Shown here: positions 1 through 12,447 of the stretch, one piece after another
How positions within the stretch are numbered: the stretch's first letter is position 1
How the letters are laid out: each line of letters opens with the position of its first letter
From: Antedon mediterranea
Taxonomy: Eukaryota > Animalia > Echinodermata
Length of the DNA stretch: 64,000 nt
Direction of reading: 5' to 3'
Assembly (NCBI RefSeq): GCF_964355755.1
Contig: NC_092677.1
Coordinates: 21,997,175-22,061,174 of the forward strand
Notes under the pieces: model-generated
Database searches by the model: none
Seen by the model: the letters and a program-made list of their open reading frames with translations, nothing else
What the model was told of the DNA's origin: nothing
Position numbers and translations under genes: made by a program

Positions 1-705
1 AAATTGCAAAACAATTACAATATATATATTTTTATAATACTGTATATTAAACATATTACATTTATTTGAATTTTATAAAAACAATTTATAATAGACCTAA
101 TAATTATGTCAACAACCAAACAAAGCGCCTACCTACAGCCTAGGCTAAAAAAGGCATTGCGAAACTTCGCCAGGCAACTGAAAGTGATTTAGGCTGTTTT
201 TTTTTTCTAACGATTTAACGTCTTGTAGAGTTGTTTCCATTAATTAATCAAAATCATACAAACGTTTTAAAGCTAATTTAAATGATATTTTGGTCGAAAT
301 TAGTACGTATATCTCTCCAAAAAAGTGTTCATGTTTTTTATTGTATATAAACAGGGACGTTGTTGGATTCAGAAGCACAGTATACTCTTGCAATTTTTAA
401 TTTCGTATGCGAGAAGAAATTTTTTTCGTACATGAACGATAGTTAGGAGTACGTACTATTGCACGCCATGTGATCCACAGTTGTCCAATTAAATGACAGG
501 AATTTATTTATGTGTTATATAATACCAATAACTACTCCGTTAATATTTTGAACACCGTTTTTTAAGGGCGTTGTATTTCACATTGGTTAGTAGCTGTGAA
601 ATGGATATAATTGATTCATCTTTCGACTCATGAAAATATTCTACACTACATATTCTTTTACATTCACAAAAATCCAGTAACATAATAAATGTAATTGTAT
701 AATTT

Positions 706-736
706 GTTATTATTATTATTATTATTAATATTATTA

Positions 737-768
<32 letters not shown>
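706..768. repeat. (ATT)n microsatellite
   Basis: Imperfect run of ttattattatt directly visible. Confidence 0.9.
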
Positions 769-1276
769 TTGTATAGCTGAATATTACGACTTGAACGAAT
801 TAAACAATTTATTAAATATTGTTTAGTATAATTGAAAAATTATAGAAAATATTGAAAACCGTAAATTTAGTTAGGTCTATTTAAAATTTCAGGTGAAATA
901 TATATATATTTTAAAATCAATGAAGTAAGTGAAACGATATTACCGATAGCACATAATCCTATGTGTTGACTAGTTTTATATTCTGTGTATAAATAAAAAG
1001 TGTTCTTTGTACAAAAAATGCCGCATTTTAAACTATTTTTAAAGTATTTAAAAAAGAGTAGATAACATATAAAGCTGGATGGCATAAGTAAGAGTGCAAC
1101 ATTTAAAAGGGACGAATAAGCTTATGACCCGATTTATCTCAGCTCTGATCTCGCTTTATTTTTTTCATGTATGCCGTTCGAACAAAATAAATAGTGCAAG
1201 AATTATTTTTGTGTATTCCTTTGTCCATAATAGCTTTGTCACATTTTTATGTTAATAACAGTGTAGGCTATATGCT

Positions 1277-1485
1277 AGTTGTTGCCGCGTATACGTACGA
1301 CTACAACGGACGACTTTACAATATATAGTACGGTACCTCTAGAAAATATCAAAAACGTATCAAAAATTTTCCGATTTGCGCGATACAGTTGTTGCCGCGT
1401 GTACGTACGACTACAACGGGCGCCTTACTACAATCTATACCTCTAGAAAATATGAAAAACGTATCAAAAATGTTTCCACTTGCGT
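1277..1485. repeat. Imperfect ~110-bp direct duplication
   Basis: agttgttgccgcgt(a/g)tacgtacgactacaacgg...cctctagaaaatat(c/g)aaaaacgtatcaaaaat occurs at ~1277 and ~1387. Confidence 0.75.
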
Positions 1486-3207
1486 TATATTATATTTTGT
1501 ATTGTTAAAATTCATTATTATTTTTTTTTAATGTTGATACGTTTCTTGTTCAGACAACACAGTAGCATACATTAAATATTTTATGTGGAGTCATATACAC
1601 ATGTATTATTATTACATGCGTAGAATGTTTAGTCCAACTGTGATAATATTCAAAAGAATTGCCATGTTTCGTTGTCGGATGATTCGCGAAACGATTGAAA
1701 ACAATGAAAGCGTCTTGATACCAGCAGGAGGAGCTTCGTCTGAACTTAATATGCCATGCGCAAACGCGAATTATCCTCAGTTTATCAAGGTCTATGTAAT
1801 TTTAACCTATTAAAAGCAGCAATTGTATTGAACTGCCTGGAATGATTGTCTTTCCTTCAGCTGTGCTTTAACTGTTCGTGAGGGTTAGTTAATACGTTCA
1901 CTTTGTAAACTGCTCTGGGTGAGGGCGTTTAGGCAACAAATACAATTAGTTTCTTAGTACAGTACACATTGACAAATTTACACTGAGAATTAAAACGGTA
2001 AGTAGACTAGATCTAAGATTGTAGGTAGACCAGATATATTTGGTTAAACGTTTAATTTCTTATTTTATTTATTTTATCGACAATTATATAATGTATAAGT
2101 AACAAATATATGTGATATAAGACAAAGAAAATAAAACTGTTTAAATAGTTTCCTAACTAACCCCTTTGGACATTTTGGATTGTTTTCGTTTAGCTCGTTC
2201 GAGTAGTATTTCCATTTAGCTGTTTGTAGCTTTTGTACGGATTTTTTTTGTTTTTGTTTTTTTGTTGCACGTCTCGCCAATAACATAATCACAAGTCTAC
2301 TCTCGCTCGATTACTTCTTCGTATTTGGGTCAATAAATCAATAGCAGCGTGTCGACCAACGTGATCATCAAATTGTCAAATTAAACTGTATTTGTGATTT
2401 TTAAAAAAATTACATGGTTATTGTTAATCAAAATATTTGGCACTTAAGTTTGAACTTGTAGTTTTAATTTTAAAAATCATCGAAAATATTCTGAAATTTT
2501 AGATTTTTAAATTTTTATTGAGCTTTGATTTTTTTTAAAACCAGAAACAAGTTGATACGATATAACTATTGTTGTTGACAACGCTTCAACAACGCTTCAA
2601 CAACGCAGTATCACGTGACCTTCCAATATAGTCGGTTATTATTGTGTGTTACTTTGCGTCCGTTTCAAACAAAAATTCCTTTGTCAAATTTTTATGTTAC
2701 TTTATTTCAGAAATAAAGTTACATTAGGCCTATACCTAGTAGTATAATAGGCCCAGGGTTATCTTATAATAAGTGACTTCTACTGCTTTATTAAATCTAT
2801 ACCCCTAGAAAGTATGTAATGTACGTGATATATTATATTTTTAACTGTTAAAATCATGCAATTAATTATTTTTTTATAATGTTGATACGCTTTTTGTTCA
2901 GCGTACATTGTTGAAGTTTTAGCAATGATGACATTTTCAGCCACAAACATTTTAAATTAAATGCGGAAAAGAGGGCACGGATATGCGAGATCTTGTGTTG
3001 AATGTGTTTAGTATTTACCGACCGACCGACATAGTGAGCTATAGAGTTGCGTTTGCACACGACTAAAAAGTGGAACGGGGGAAAAAACAACAGATTTTTT
3101 TCGGTTTAATTTAGCATGAATTCATACAACTCATCCGCTTCGTAATAAGTTTAAAATGGGGATTTACCATTGATCTCGAGGAGCTATAATAGATTTAAAA
3201 TAGGGAT

Positions 3208-3520
3208 CTTCTTCTTCATGTACCATGTCCTTCAAGAACGTTTGCGATTATGGCTTTCCATATAGTCCGGTTCTCAGCGACTCTGACAACTTCTTCAACA
3301 TTCAGTTTGAGTTCTTTTGCAATCCTTTCTAAAAACATAGCTCTTTGATTTCCTCTTGCTTTCCTCCCTTTAATCTTCCCTGTTAAAATTAAATATTCCA
3401 GTTTTTTCTTTCTGAGCAGATGTCCCACAAAATTATATTTCGTTGAAGATTTCACCAATATATTCTTTCCATCTAGTAATTATCTGGTCCCTTTTGATTA
3501 GTATCGTTCCATCTCTGGAA
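3208..3520 (-). mobile_element. RTE-clade LINE remnant, internally deleted
   Basis: Minus-strand translation KKKLEYLILTGKIKGRKARGNQR...AENRTIWKAIIANV resembles RTE ORF C-termini and is followed by a (GAA)n tail. It adjoins DGTILIKRDQIITRWKEY, a pre-RT RTE motif. Flanks aaaatagggat (3197-3207) and aaaatggggat (3521-3531) form a probable 11-bp TSD with 1 mismatch. Confidence 0.8.
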
Positions 3521-3890
3521 AAAATGGGGATAGGCCTATTTTTACACAAATTTACATTACGTGTACCATTTTCAAGCACAGGATTTTTAAAAAGTTTGAC
3601 GTGCACGAGTGTTATGTATTTGAAGTTTATTAAAATGAATAGAATTGAACACGACTCGGTATAAGAACAGAAATAGAGTCTCACAAAAAAATGCACACAT
3701 ATGAGAAATGTTTATTATTTTTAGAGACAAGATTTGATTTAACATTACAATATTAGATTATTTATTTTGTGTATTGGTTATTTTTCTCTGACCGAAGATT
3801 ATTTGTTGGAACTGGTTTTTTAAAAATGACAATAAATATAAAAAATAATTTATTAATTATTAGCAATTCATTCATTTAGGCTTATCGCCT

Positions 3891-4436
3891 GACTTTATTT
3901 ACTTTAGGCCTCTGGCCCCTAGTAATTAACAAAATAATAATTACATTGAAAAATAAAGCAATTTATGGTCACAAGATAAATGAATTAATTAATTTCGTTC
4001 TCTAAGCAAAACATATATCTTAACTTATAAGCATGATAAATATATTTAGATAGATTATCAATAATTATTGGATCCTGTGATGACATTAACGGCAGAATTT
4101 AAAAGTATTTGGATTTTCAAAAAATAAAGAAGGTATACATTTTTTTCTGATTTCCTTGTAACGAGAGCAAACTGTAACAAAATGATATTCATCTTCAACT
4201 TCATTTATATTACATATTTTACATAACCTATTGATGTGCTCTATTCTTTTCCATCTTCCCCTTTCTACCTCTAGTTGAAGTGTGCCCAGTCTTAGTTGAC
4301 TTAAAGCTCGCTTATATCTAGTATCAAGGGTCTGTAGTAAGTATCCATCTACTCCGAAATTGTTTTTGAACATTTTATAGTATCTTAATTTTGAAGAAAT
4401 ATTTATGCTTTCAAGAATTGCTGCACAGTTCGCTGG
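3891..4436 (-). mobile_element. 5'-truncated LINE 3' end (L2/Crack-like C-terminal Cys/His domain)
   Basis: ORF 4086-4439 contains LRLGTLQLEVERGRW...RLCKICNINEVEDEYHFVTVCSRY, a C-terminal motif typical of CR1-group (L2/Crack/Daphne) ORF2. The 3' UTR ends ggccagaggcc...aataaa on the minus strand. Confidence 0.75.
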
Positions 4437-5685
4437 CAAGTTAAGGGACGTGCATCGGGTAATTTGAAATCCAGGATCGTATTGATGACGTCAGGTGACT
4501 GCATAAGCGTGAAGTGAACCGATTGGCATGTATCCCGTCACCAAGCCTAATTGCTTCGATTTCTCGTAGAAGTGCGCATTTTGTGTGAGATTCCACGCTA
4601 ATGAATCCGTATGACTGCGCTTAAAACGAAAGAAAACTATTACACTTGGGTCGTTCACGGTTAGAACACGTTAATTGTAGTAACAGTGAGCTAAATCCAT
4701 ATTTGAATTGCAAAAATAGAACTTAGTTGTATGGATTGTGTTAGGATGAATAATTCATTCTAATTGTTAATGATTTTATTCTTACCATCCTTTTAATGTG
4801 TTAATATATTGCCCTTCGAAGCACATAAATTCAATGTTTGTTTGCGATTCAATTTCACGCAATTCTGCCAATTGTCGCTTTTTAAGACTGCTTTACTTCT
4901 ATTTAGACCTACAAAAGTTGTCCCTTATTAAAAAAACAACAAATAAAATTACTATTGTAACCAACCCAATAATAATATTTTGTTATATTTATAAACAATT
5001 TCATCTGACATATTCAGAGTTATTTGAAAATAGTAGTATGTCAAAAAATACACATTTTCAAAAATACCTGATGCTGTAAACGCACGTTAGCAAAATGGTA
5101 AACAAAATTTGATGTGTTATACGCACTTTTAAGGGACTCAGATTAAAAGAGACCATAAATACCACATCTTTACAAGAAAATTTACGTTTTTGATTAAAAT
5201 GGCAATGCTACAGTATATACGATGTTGTCCTTTCTGTGGTACTGTTAATAAGGGGCATTACAGTTTCAAATGAGTGTTGTGTCATATGAATGTCGTTAGC
5301 AAAAATGTCTAGACGGCACTGGATGCATGCCATGGTTTTGAAAACATACATACGTAGCCTAACATGCTACCAGCTAACAATCTAACGTTTTGATAATACT
5401 GAAACGTTATTTTTGTGTTGTAGGCCTACTTATCTAGTATATAGTGTGAAAAGTTCAGAAGGAGCTATAGTATTTTTACTACATCACTCCAACAATACGC
5501 TTCCATTATTTGGAAGTTATAATCGTTATTAGGCATATAATTGTTATACATAATAAATTTTCATTTCTCAAGAGGCGAAAAACTAACAAGTTTAATTTTA
5601 CTTCGATTTTGTTTCCATAATTAAATCATAACTCCAATTTGACTGTGCTGTGAATGCTTTCCTGGAACGTTTCGTGAAGACGCCT

Positions 5686-8299
5686 CACAGTGGGCCAGAA
5701 TCAATTCAAAGTGTGCCAAAAGTCCAAAATGGTAAATGTGGCATTCCGAACTTTTTAATATTGGATTAGGAAGAAGACATCTTAAATTATATAAATCGAC
5801 TAATAATTTTAATTTTTGTAAATTTTAATAGTGTCTTGTAACCATGGAAACTTGAAGAAACCAGGGCATTTCACTTAAAATGAGCAAAAACAACAGTTTT
5901 GATCAATTCGCTGTTATTTTTTCTAGAAAAAAGCAATGGATTTGATACTGCATGAAATTATTGCCTGTTATTAATAATATTAGGCAGTAAAATAACATTT
6001 TCGATTATTGCTTTATTTTAGGGTTAAAAGTCACAAAATATAGCCCAAAAATACCAAAAAATCGTATTTTTAAAGTAAAACCACTAAAGTAGTTTGGATT
6101 CGCGTCGATTCGCGCGCTAATTTTGACATTAATATTTCGAGCAAAGCTTTAGCTTTACGTTAATACCAAATTTGGCTGCGAAAATTTGCGACATTGCATA
6201 TAGGAAGCTATTTAAATGTCCCGTTTTAAAATAAATGTATAATGCATTTCCATTGACACATTGATGTACCGCAATCGCACGAACTTCACGAAGAGAAAAC
6301 CTTTCCACGACGCGTCTGTATTGGAAAAGAGAATGCTACCAGTGTGAGAATAAGCATTCATAAATGTAGGTACAGGTAACATGGCCTCCATATCAAAATA
6401 CAACCTTTAAAGCTGTCCATTCGGCTGGTTTAATTACCAACATTGAACTATCCTGCAATGTATGTTTACGTGAATTGCGTTTACATTACAATGTAAGGAA
6501 TGCCGAGAACATATCAAAAGAACTTTTGGGGTATACTACTAAAACTATCAAACCATTTCTTTATTATTTACGAAGAATATGGTACAAGTATGGCCGTCAC
6601 AAGGTCACAAACATTTCATCAGCTATTATTAGTCAGAGAACCAAAAGAACTGCTCTATGCTGCTTCACAAGGCGTCTATAAGCAAAATTCACATTTAAAA
6701 TATGTGCTGAAGTTTGCAATGCTAACACCATTAAGACCAGCTAAAATAAGAAAGTTAATATCCGAAAAAAAACAGAACCGATCAAGTTTACAAGTGAAAA
6801 AGCTTTGTCACTCTTAGCTAGTTGAAACTGCATATGACAAAACAGTCATACCAAACAGGTTTGTGGAACGTGAGGGAAGCTAAGCATAGATGCTACGCAA
6901 ATAATATAACGGTTAAAGAAGATTCGTCAAGAGTACCCCTTCAAAGCTTGCTGGACCAAACTGCACTTCGAATTGTTCAGTAAAAAAAAGAAGATATTAC
7001 AGAAGTAGTTGAACATAAAGATACTTCCTCGTGATTTTGCCGACCTTTACACCTGCAATTCAATATATTATTTGATATTAATTAACTATGAACTGGCTGC
7101 AGATGAAAACAGAAAAGACAACATCTAAATACACTACAATTTACAATTCACCATAGTTGACCAAAAGGTCGTGAATGCTTTGACTGAAACCAAGTATTCA
7201 ATGCGATGTTATATATATGTGGAGCTACTCCAAAACAGTTTAATGATTTGGATAAACTCCCATCGAGAGCTATGGCTCTCGCCACTACACAAATGGAGTA
7301 GGTGCTTCGAAATGCTAATTCATATTGGTAAAGAATGCCAGTAAAAAAAGGGGCGTATTTCGTCTGATAGTGAAAAAGCCATCGTTGCCGATATGAAGAA
7401 AAGAAATACACAATCGGTTTAAAGAAGATATAGGAGTGAAAGTAGATGAACTTAAACAAGGTTCAGGAAAACAATGGCAACATAGCTTGCAGAGCTAGCT
7501 TTCCAGGAAAAGGAGACTTTCGCTGAAATTTGCGGGTTTGGATGTCAATCTAATACGTGTTTAGACCCTTTACAATTTAGGGACTACTGCCGAAAAACAG
7601 CAGAGTTATATATACAACTCTATCCATGGTATAAAATGCCAGTGAGTGTACATGTTCTCCTAGTTCATGGTTCATCAATTATTTCGAGTTCTGTATTACT
7701 GATAGGTATGATGAGCGAAGAGGCTATCGACGAAAACATGCAATGAAAACAAACAACAACATAAGTGATGTATTTCAGTCATTTAAACCCTTATTTGTAA
7801 CATACAATAAAAACATATTTTCAATATTAATATTATTCACACAATCAGAAAACAGTATTTGTAATGACATCATACTGAACAATAAAAAGATGGTTTCATT
7901 GAACTCTGTGGATCTTTAAATAATTTAAGTACGTTTCAATCATGGATGCAATTTAATCATACATGATATTGTAATGAGAATTAAAGTCATCTAATCAAAA
8001 ATTATTATTTTATGGCGTCTAATATATTAAGAAAATGTTCCAGTTGGATTTATTGGGTGTAATAGAAACCCTTACACTTTCAATAATGAATGTAATATCA
8101 ATCGACATAAGAATCACAAGTACATTCGCCTCAACCATTCAGAAAACACCATTTGTATTACGTCATACCTATTTAAAAATACTTCTATTAAATTCTACGG
8201 GTCTGAAAACCCCTTAGATCCTTTAAAAGTTCAGGTAATCAGTATTTATTTATGCGTATAGACTTTTGGCACACTTTGAACCAATTCTGGCCCACTGTG
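5686..8299 (+). mobile_element. Transib DNA transposon, both ends intact, decayed transposase
   Basis: 39-bp TIRs CACAGTGGGCCAGAAT(CAA/TGG)TTCAAAGTGTGCCAAAAGTC at 5686-5724 and 8261-8299. 5-bp GC-rich TSD cgcct/cgccg (4 of 5 match). Internal Transib transposase motifs. Confidence 0.93.
6590..7735 (+). pseudogene. Transib (RAG1-core-related) transposase pseudogene
   Basis: Frameshifted fragments in the correct order: ELLYAA..LTPLRPAKIRK; RVPLQSLLDQTALRI (~6930); FCRPL (~7040); LQFTIVD (~7150); CGATPKQFNDLD (~7220); SPLHKW (~7280); VDELKQGSG (~7445); YPWYKMPVSVHVLLVHGSSIISSSVLLIGMMSEEA (7621-7725). The first catalytic KWGxDG block was not found and is probably deleted. Confidence 0.9.
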
Positions 8300-8479
8300 C
8301 GCCGTTGCAAGCTATCTTTTTTAGAGACCATATCATTTACATGCGAGGTCCACTGAAGATTATTTTAATTTAGAAACCGTTTGCAATTAACAATTATAAA
8401 TGCTAATATATAAATTTGATACAACCTTACATAAGGTAAAATTCATAGTTTTGTCTTTACTACCTGCTTCAAACCCATG

Positions 8480-8890
8480 ACGTTTACGTAGGATACAATA
8501 AGCCTTCAAATCGTCCCCAGCTATAACACATTTGGCTTCTGGGTATTTTGATAGAATAAGATCAATGGAAGTACAAACATGGTTGGTAATACCCGTTTTT
8601 ACAGCGACTAATAGACAAAGTGGAACATAGATAACGCCCATAAATAGCTTCAATAAAGGCCACTAGGTATACCAAATATTCCTATTTGTCCGGTTCCTCA
8701 TGTATGAAATAGGTGTTCCGTGGGATTTTAATGCACGAAGTGAAATTTCACTTGATTTCACTTTATTATGGTGCTAGGATAGCAAAAATGCCAGGTAACA
8801 CATTTTCTCGATGCCCGTAACAGCCACTTCAAAATGGTGCCCAAATGGCCCTATTTCCGTAACCTTTTGGTCTATTGACAAGATATTGGT
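8480..8890 (-). mobile_element. LINE APE-endonuclease remnant
   Basis: Minus-strand LFMGVIYVP...DLILSKYPEAKCVIAGD resembles the Y.PP...GDFN region of CR1/L2 endonucleases; heavily degraded. Confidence 0.55.
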
Positions 8891-9399
8891 ATCAAAATAC
8901 TCAGAATATATTATAGGCCTACATTTATATTCGCTGTAATAGAAAATTTTGACTAAATGTAACCGGAAATGCTATTTACCTGTACTACTGATCCTTATTT
9001 TTTGTCGCGACGGAAGATTCCAAAATGAACATCAAATCGAACTTGTAGGCGTCGTTCGACTCTCAACTTCAACGCGGTGAATTCGGAACTAGCGAAGGCT
9101 CCCCCTTGAATTCGCTAGAGTTGCTCCCCATGGAAACTTTTTCGCTTGAAAATTCGCTTCAATTTGACCAATCAAATAACAAGGATTGTAAAGTCAGATG
9201 AAGATTGAAAACATTTTTTCAACATTCAACGTAAATTTCGAGTATTCTTGTCTTTTTATGAAAAAAGGTGCACTTGAATAAATCACCAAATCAGAGAAAA
9301 TGTCTTCGGCGGATGCATGAATTTGTAGATACCTATAATAAGCCTGGCCTACCTAGACTCGAAGCCTACCTAACTTTTTATTATGCCTCTGGGCCCGTA

Positions 9400-9640
9400 T
9401 CCGGACAACTACTCCCTGGACAATTACCACCCGGACAATTACCACCCGGACAACTACCACCCCCACCCCCTAGGACAACTACCACCCGGACAATTACCCA
9501 CTAGGACAACTACCCTCTAGGACAACTACCCCCTAGGACAACTTCCCCCTAGGACAACTATCCTCTAATACAACCGCTATGCCCCTAGGACAACTACCCA
9601 TCTTGAACAACACCCTCTGAACAACCACACCTCTAGAATA
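9400..9640. repeat. GGACAA(C/T)TACCCC minisatellite (likely MITE subterminal repeats)
   Basis: Tandem ~15-19-bp units ccggacaattaccac / taggacaactacccc. Confidence 0.8.
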
Positions 9641-10427
9641 GTTAATATCATGACACCTTAGGCTTTTCATTTATTTTGCCTTTTTTTCTAAAAGTTATTT
9701 TTTATCAGCCCCTGTATATCTTTTTCCAAAACAAATGTTTTACCGTAAGAGCTTATGTCATGCTCTTTAATGACATTATACGTTTACTGCAAGTCCAGTA
9801 ATATGAAATATTGTTTTGGCTGTTACTACTTCATAGAAGAAATTTTCTCCCCACTCCTGAGAAAATAGGACAATAAATGTTTTTAGAACCTAAAGAATAA
9901 TTATACCCATGATGTGTTTATGTCTAACATTTGTACTTATTTTATTCCCTAACCCTTCGTATTCTACAGCAAAGAACCTCCTAATTTTTCTTTAGATTTT
10001 AAAAAAGCCTACACCAATTGATTAGACGATTTGAAAATAAATCTCTGTCTCTCATAAGGGCGGGTGTATACATACTAAAGAAAACATGATTCAATAGATA
10101 TTATACATGTTACTAGCATTATGATAATATATTTATGTAATACATTGTTGAACATATTTAACATATTTAATAACAAACTAGTTTAACTAGTTTACATTCA
10201 CTTCTACGCCCGGTAAATTAAGTAATGTTTTTATGATATCAATTAGAATAAAATACATGTTATTAATAGAATACAATGTTAAATTTAATTAATATTTATT
10301 TTTTTTACCAGAAACAAGTTAAATATAGAAATATTAATATACTATCCTTCGTGAAAACCGGCAGCGCCCGGTAGTTGAACTGTCTATTTGGCAGTTTTTT
10401 ACTAAATAAATTGCATAAAACGAACAA

Positions 10428-10870
10428 TTAAGTTAGCATTTAATAAAAGTAGGTCAAGGGTCATCAATCCATACCAAAATATTTTGAAAAAATTAAGTAG
10501 GTCAAGTGTTATAACGTTCGTAAAAGCAAGTTACTTATTCGCCGTAGAGGGCGTAGATGTAAAAAGGTTTGCGGAACTAGGGTGGCAAATGGTAAAGTAG
10601 GTCAAGGGTCGTCGATTCATACCAAAATATTTTGAAAAAATTAAGTAGGTCAAGTGTTATAACGTTTGTAAAAAGCCAGTTACTTAATCGCCGTAGAGGA
10701 CGTAGATGCAAAAAGTTCGCGGAACTAGGGAGGCAAATGTAGGTCAAGGGTCATCGATTCACACCAAAATATTTTGAAAATATTAGGTAGGTCAAGCTAG
10801 TTACTTATTCGCCGTAAATGCATACAATGTTACTGAACTGTGACGGGAAGAAGTAGAGGAGGTCAAGGCT
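10428..10870. repeat. ~145-170-bp tandem repeat, about 3 copies
   Basis: aagtaggtcaagggtc...ccaaaatattttgaaaa...ttactta(t/a)tcgccgta recurs at ~10448, ~10596 and ~10740. Confidence 0.8.
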
Positions 10871-11080
10871 AACATCTTGATGCAATAACAATTGTTATTA
10901 CGTATTAAAATCTGTTTTTTAAAATATTTGTGACTGTCCCTTTAATTAATAACAGACACAAACATGTATGTAATTGTTTCACAAGAGTTAGAACACTAGT
11001 GTAAAATTCATTTACATTTAATATTGAATATACGTACGACGACGTGCATAGGGAAACAATAACGCTACCCGCACAACTAC

Positions 11081-11360
11081 CACAAGTCACAAGTCACAAG
11101 TCACAAATCAGTTTATTTGATCCAAAAGAAAAAAAAATACAAAGCAAAAAATATACAAAAGGACCAGGGAGACTTCCATTAAGGCCAAAAGCCGCATGCA
11201 TGGAAGCCACCCGAACATTTTAAATAATATATAATTCTCATGTATATAATATAATTTAAAAATTAACAAAGAACAGCTACAACCCATCTCTATTACATAT
11301 ATAACAATTTTGGATAGAACATACATCATCATATTCTGAAATAAAATTATTTTTTAAATA
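11081..11360 (-). mobile_element. Probable LINE 3' UTR with (GACTTGT)n tail
   Basis: Minus strand reads AATAAA followed by a 7-bp tandem tail (plus strand cacaagt x3). No coding remnant recognised; 5' boundary uncertain. Confidence 0.45.
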
Positions 11361-11370
11361 TGTAGAAAAA

Positions 11371-11498
11371 CCGGACAATTACCCCCCGGATATGACAACT
11401 AGACCCTAGGACAACCACCCTTTAGCTACCCACTAGGACAACTACCCCCTCGGACAACTGCCCCATGTAGGCCTACAACTACCCCTTAGGACAACTAC
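11371..11498. repeat. Second GGACAACTACCCC minisatellite block
   Basis: Same unit and orientation as 9400-9640. Confidence 0.75.
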
Positions 11499-12447
11499 TT
11501 TGGTAACCAAATTAACAAGCTGCTTCTTTCGGTATTGTATTGTAAATTAATTTGTGTGTGAGGATCAGTGGACTACATGGGCGGTGTACCACACTATACA
11601 TTTTACAATATTTGACGTGAAATTATTAAAATATTTTACCGGTCTTATACAGACGTATGTACCTAAGATGTGTAGTCTATTTGGTAATAACTGTAGCGAA
11701 ATTTATTTAAAAAAAAACTTCTAGGACAATGAAAATGATTTCCTCAATTGGCTATGTTTTCATAATAGGAAGACTAAGAAATGTATGAACCTTTCAAAGA
11801 ATAATTGTAACAGCCAAATTTAAATAAAAGACAAAGTATATCTGTTTACGATAGCGAAATTATGCTAACCCTAATTGCTAATATAGCGTCATGCTGGTGG
11901 AATGACGCGATAATCTCAATGTGTGTTGAACCGCAAATCAATATACATTTCGTTCTGTAGGTTACAAAAACGATGTTCAGTATTATGTCAAATAACGCAT
12001 TTTTGGAAGTACACACATAAAAATCGCCACGGAAACCATATTCTCGACGTCAGATCTTTTGGATGTTATTTAACATACGAAAAATATAAACATTATGTTT
12101 TTCAAATTAATAATAAATGTTTTAAGGACGATGTTGGTGAATGCGACATAAACAAATTACTCAATTTTCCCCCTAAAACTTTTTAATGAAAAACAAGGAA
12201 GAAAATCAGTAGAGATATGAATGTTAATTGGAGATTTTAAAAAACACTCAGAAAAACGATATTTTACAGAAAGAGTAATAATTATATGTAAATCAGTATG
12301 TGCACTTCTCACAGAGAGCAGGCAGGCCTACCATGGAGGAAATTACTGTGCAAAGTCCCCCTAGATTATCAGCAAATGTGCATGTTTCTCACTGAAAACT
12401 ATAGGTGGCCGATGTGCAATATTGCATGTGCGCTCTGGAGAGGGCAG

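Noticed and set aside
7740-8260. Possible RAG2-like gene in the Transib 3' part
   Set aside because: Only ~500 bp of AT-rich sequence, with no kelch- or PHD-like translation recognisable.
9268-9504. Proline-rich ORF (GQLPPGQLPP)
   Set aside because: Translation of the GGACAATTACCACCC minisatellite.
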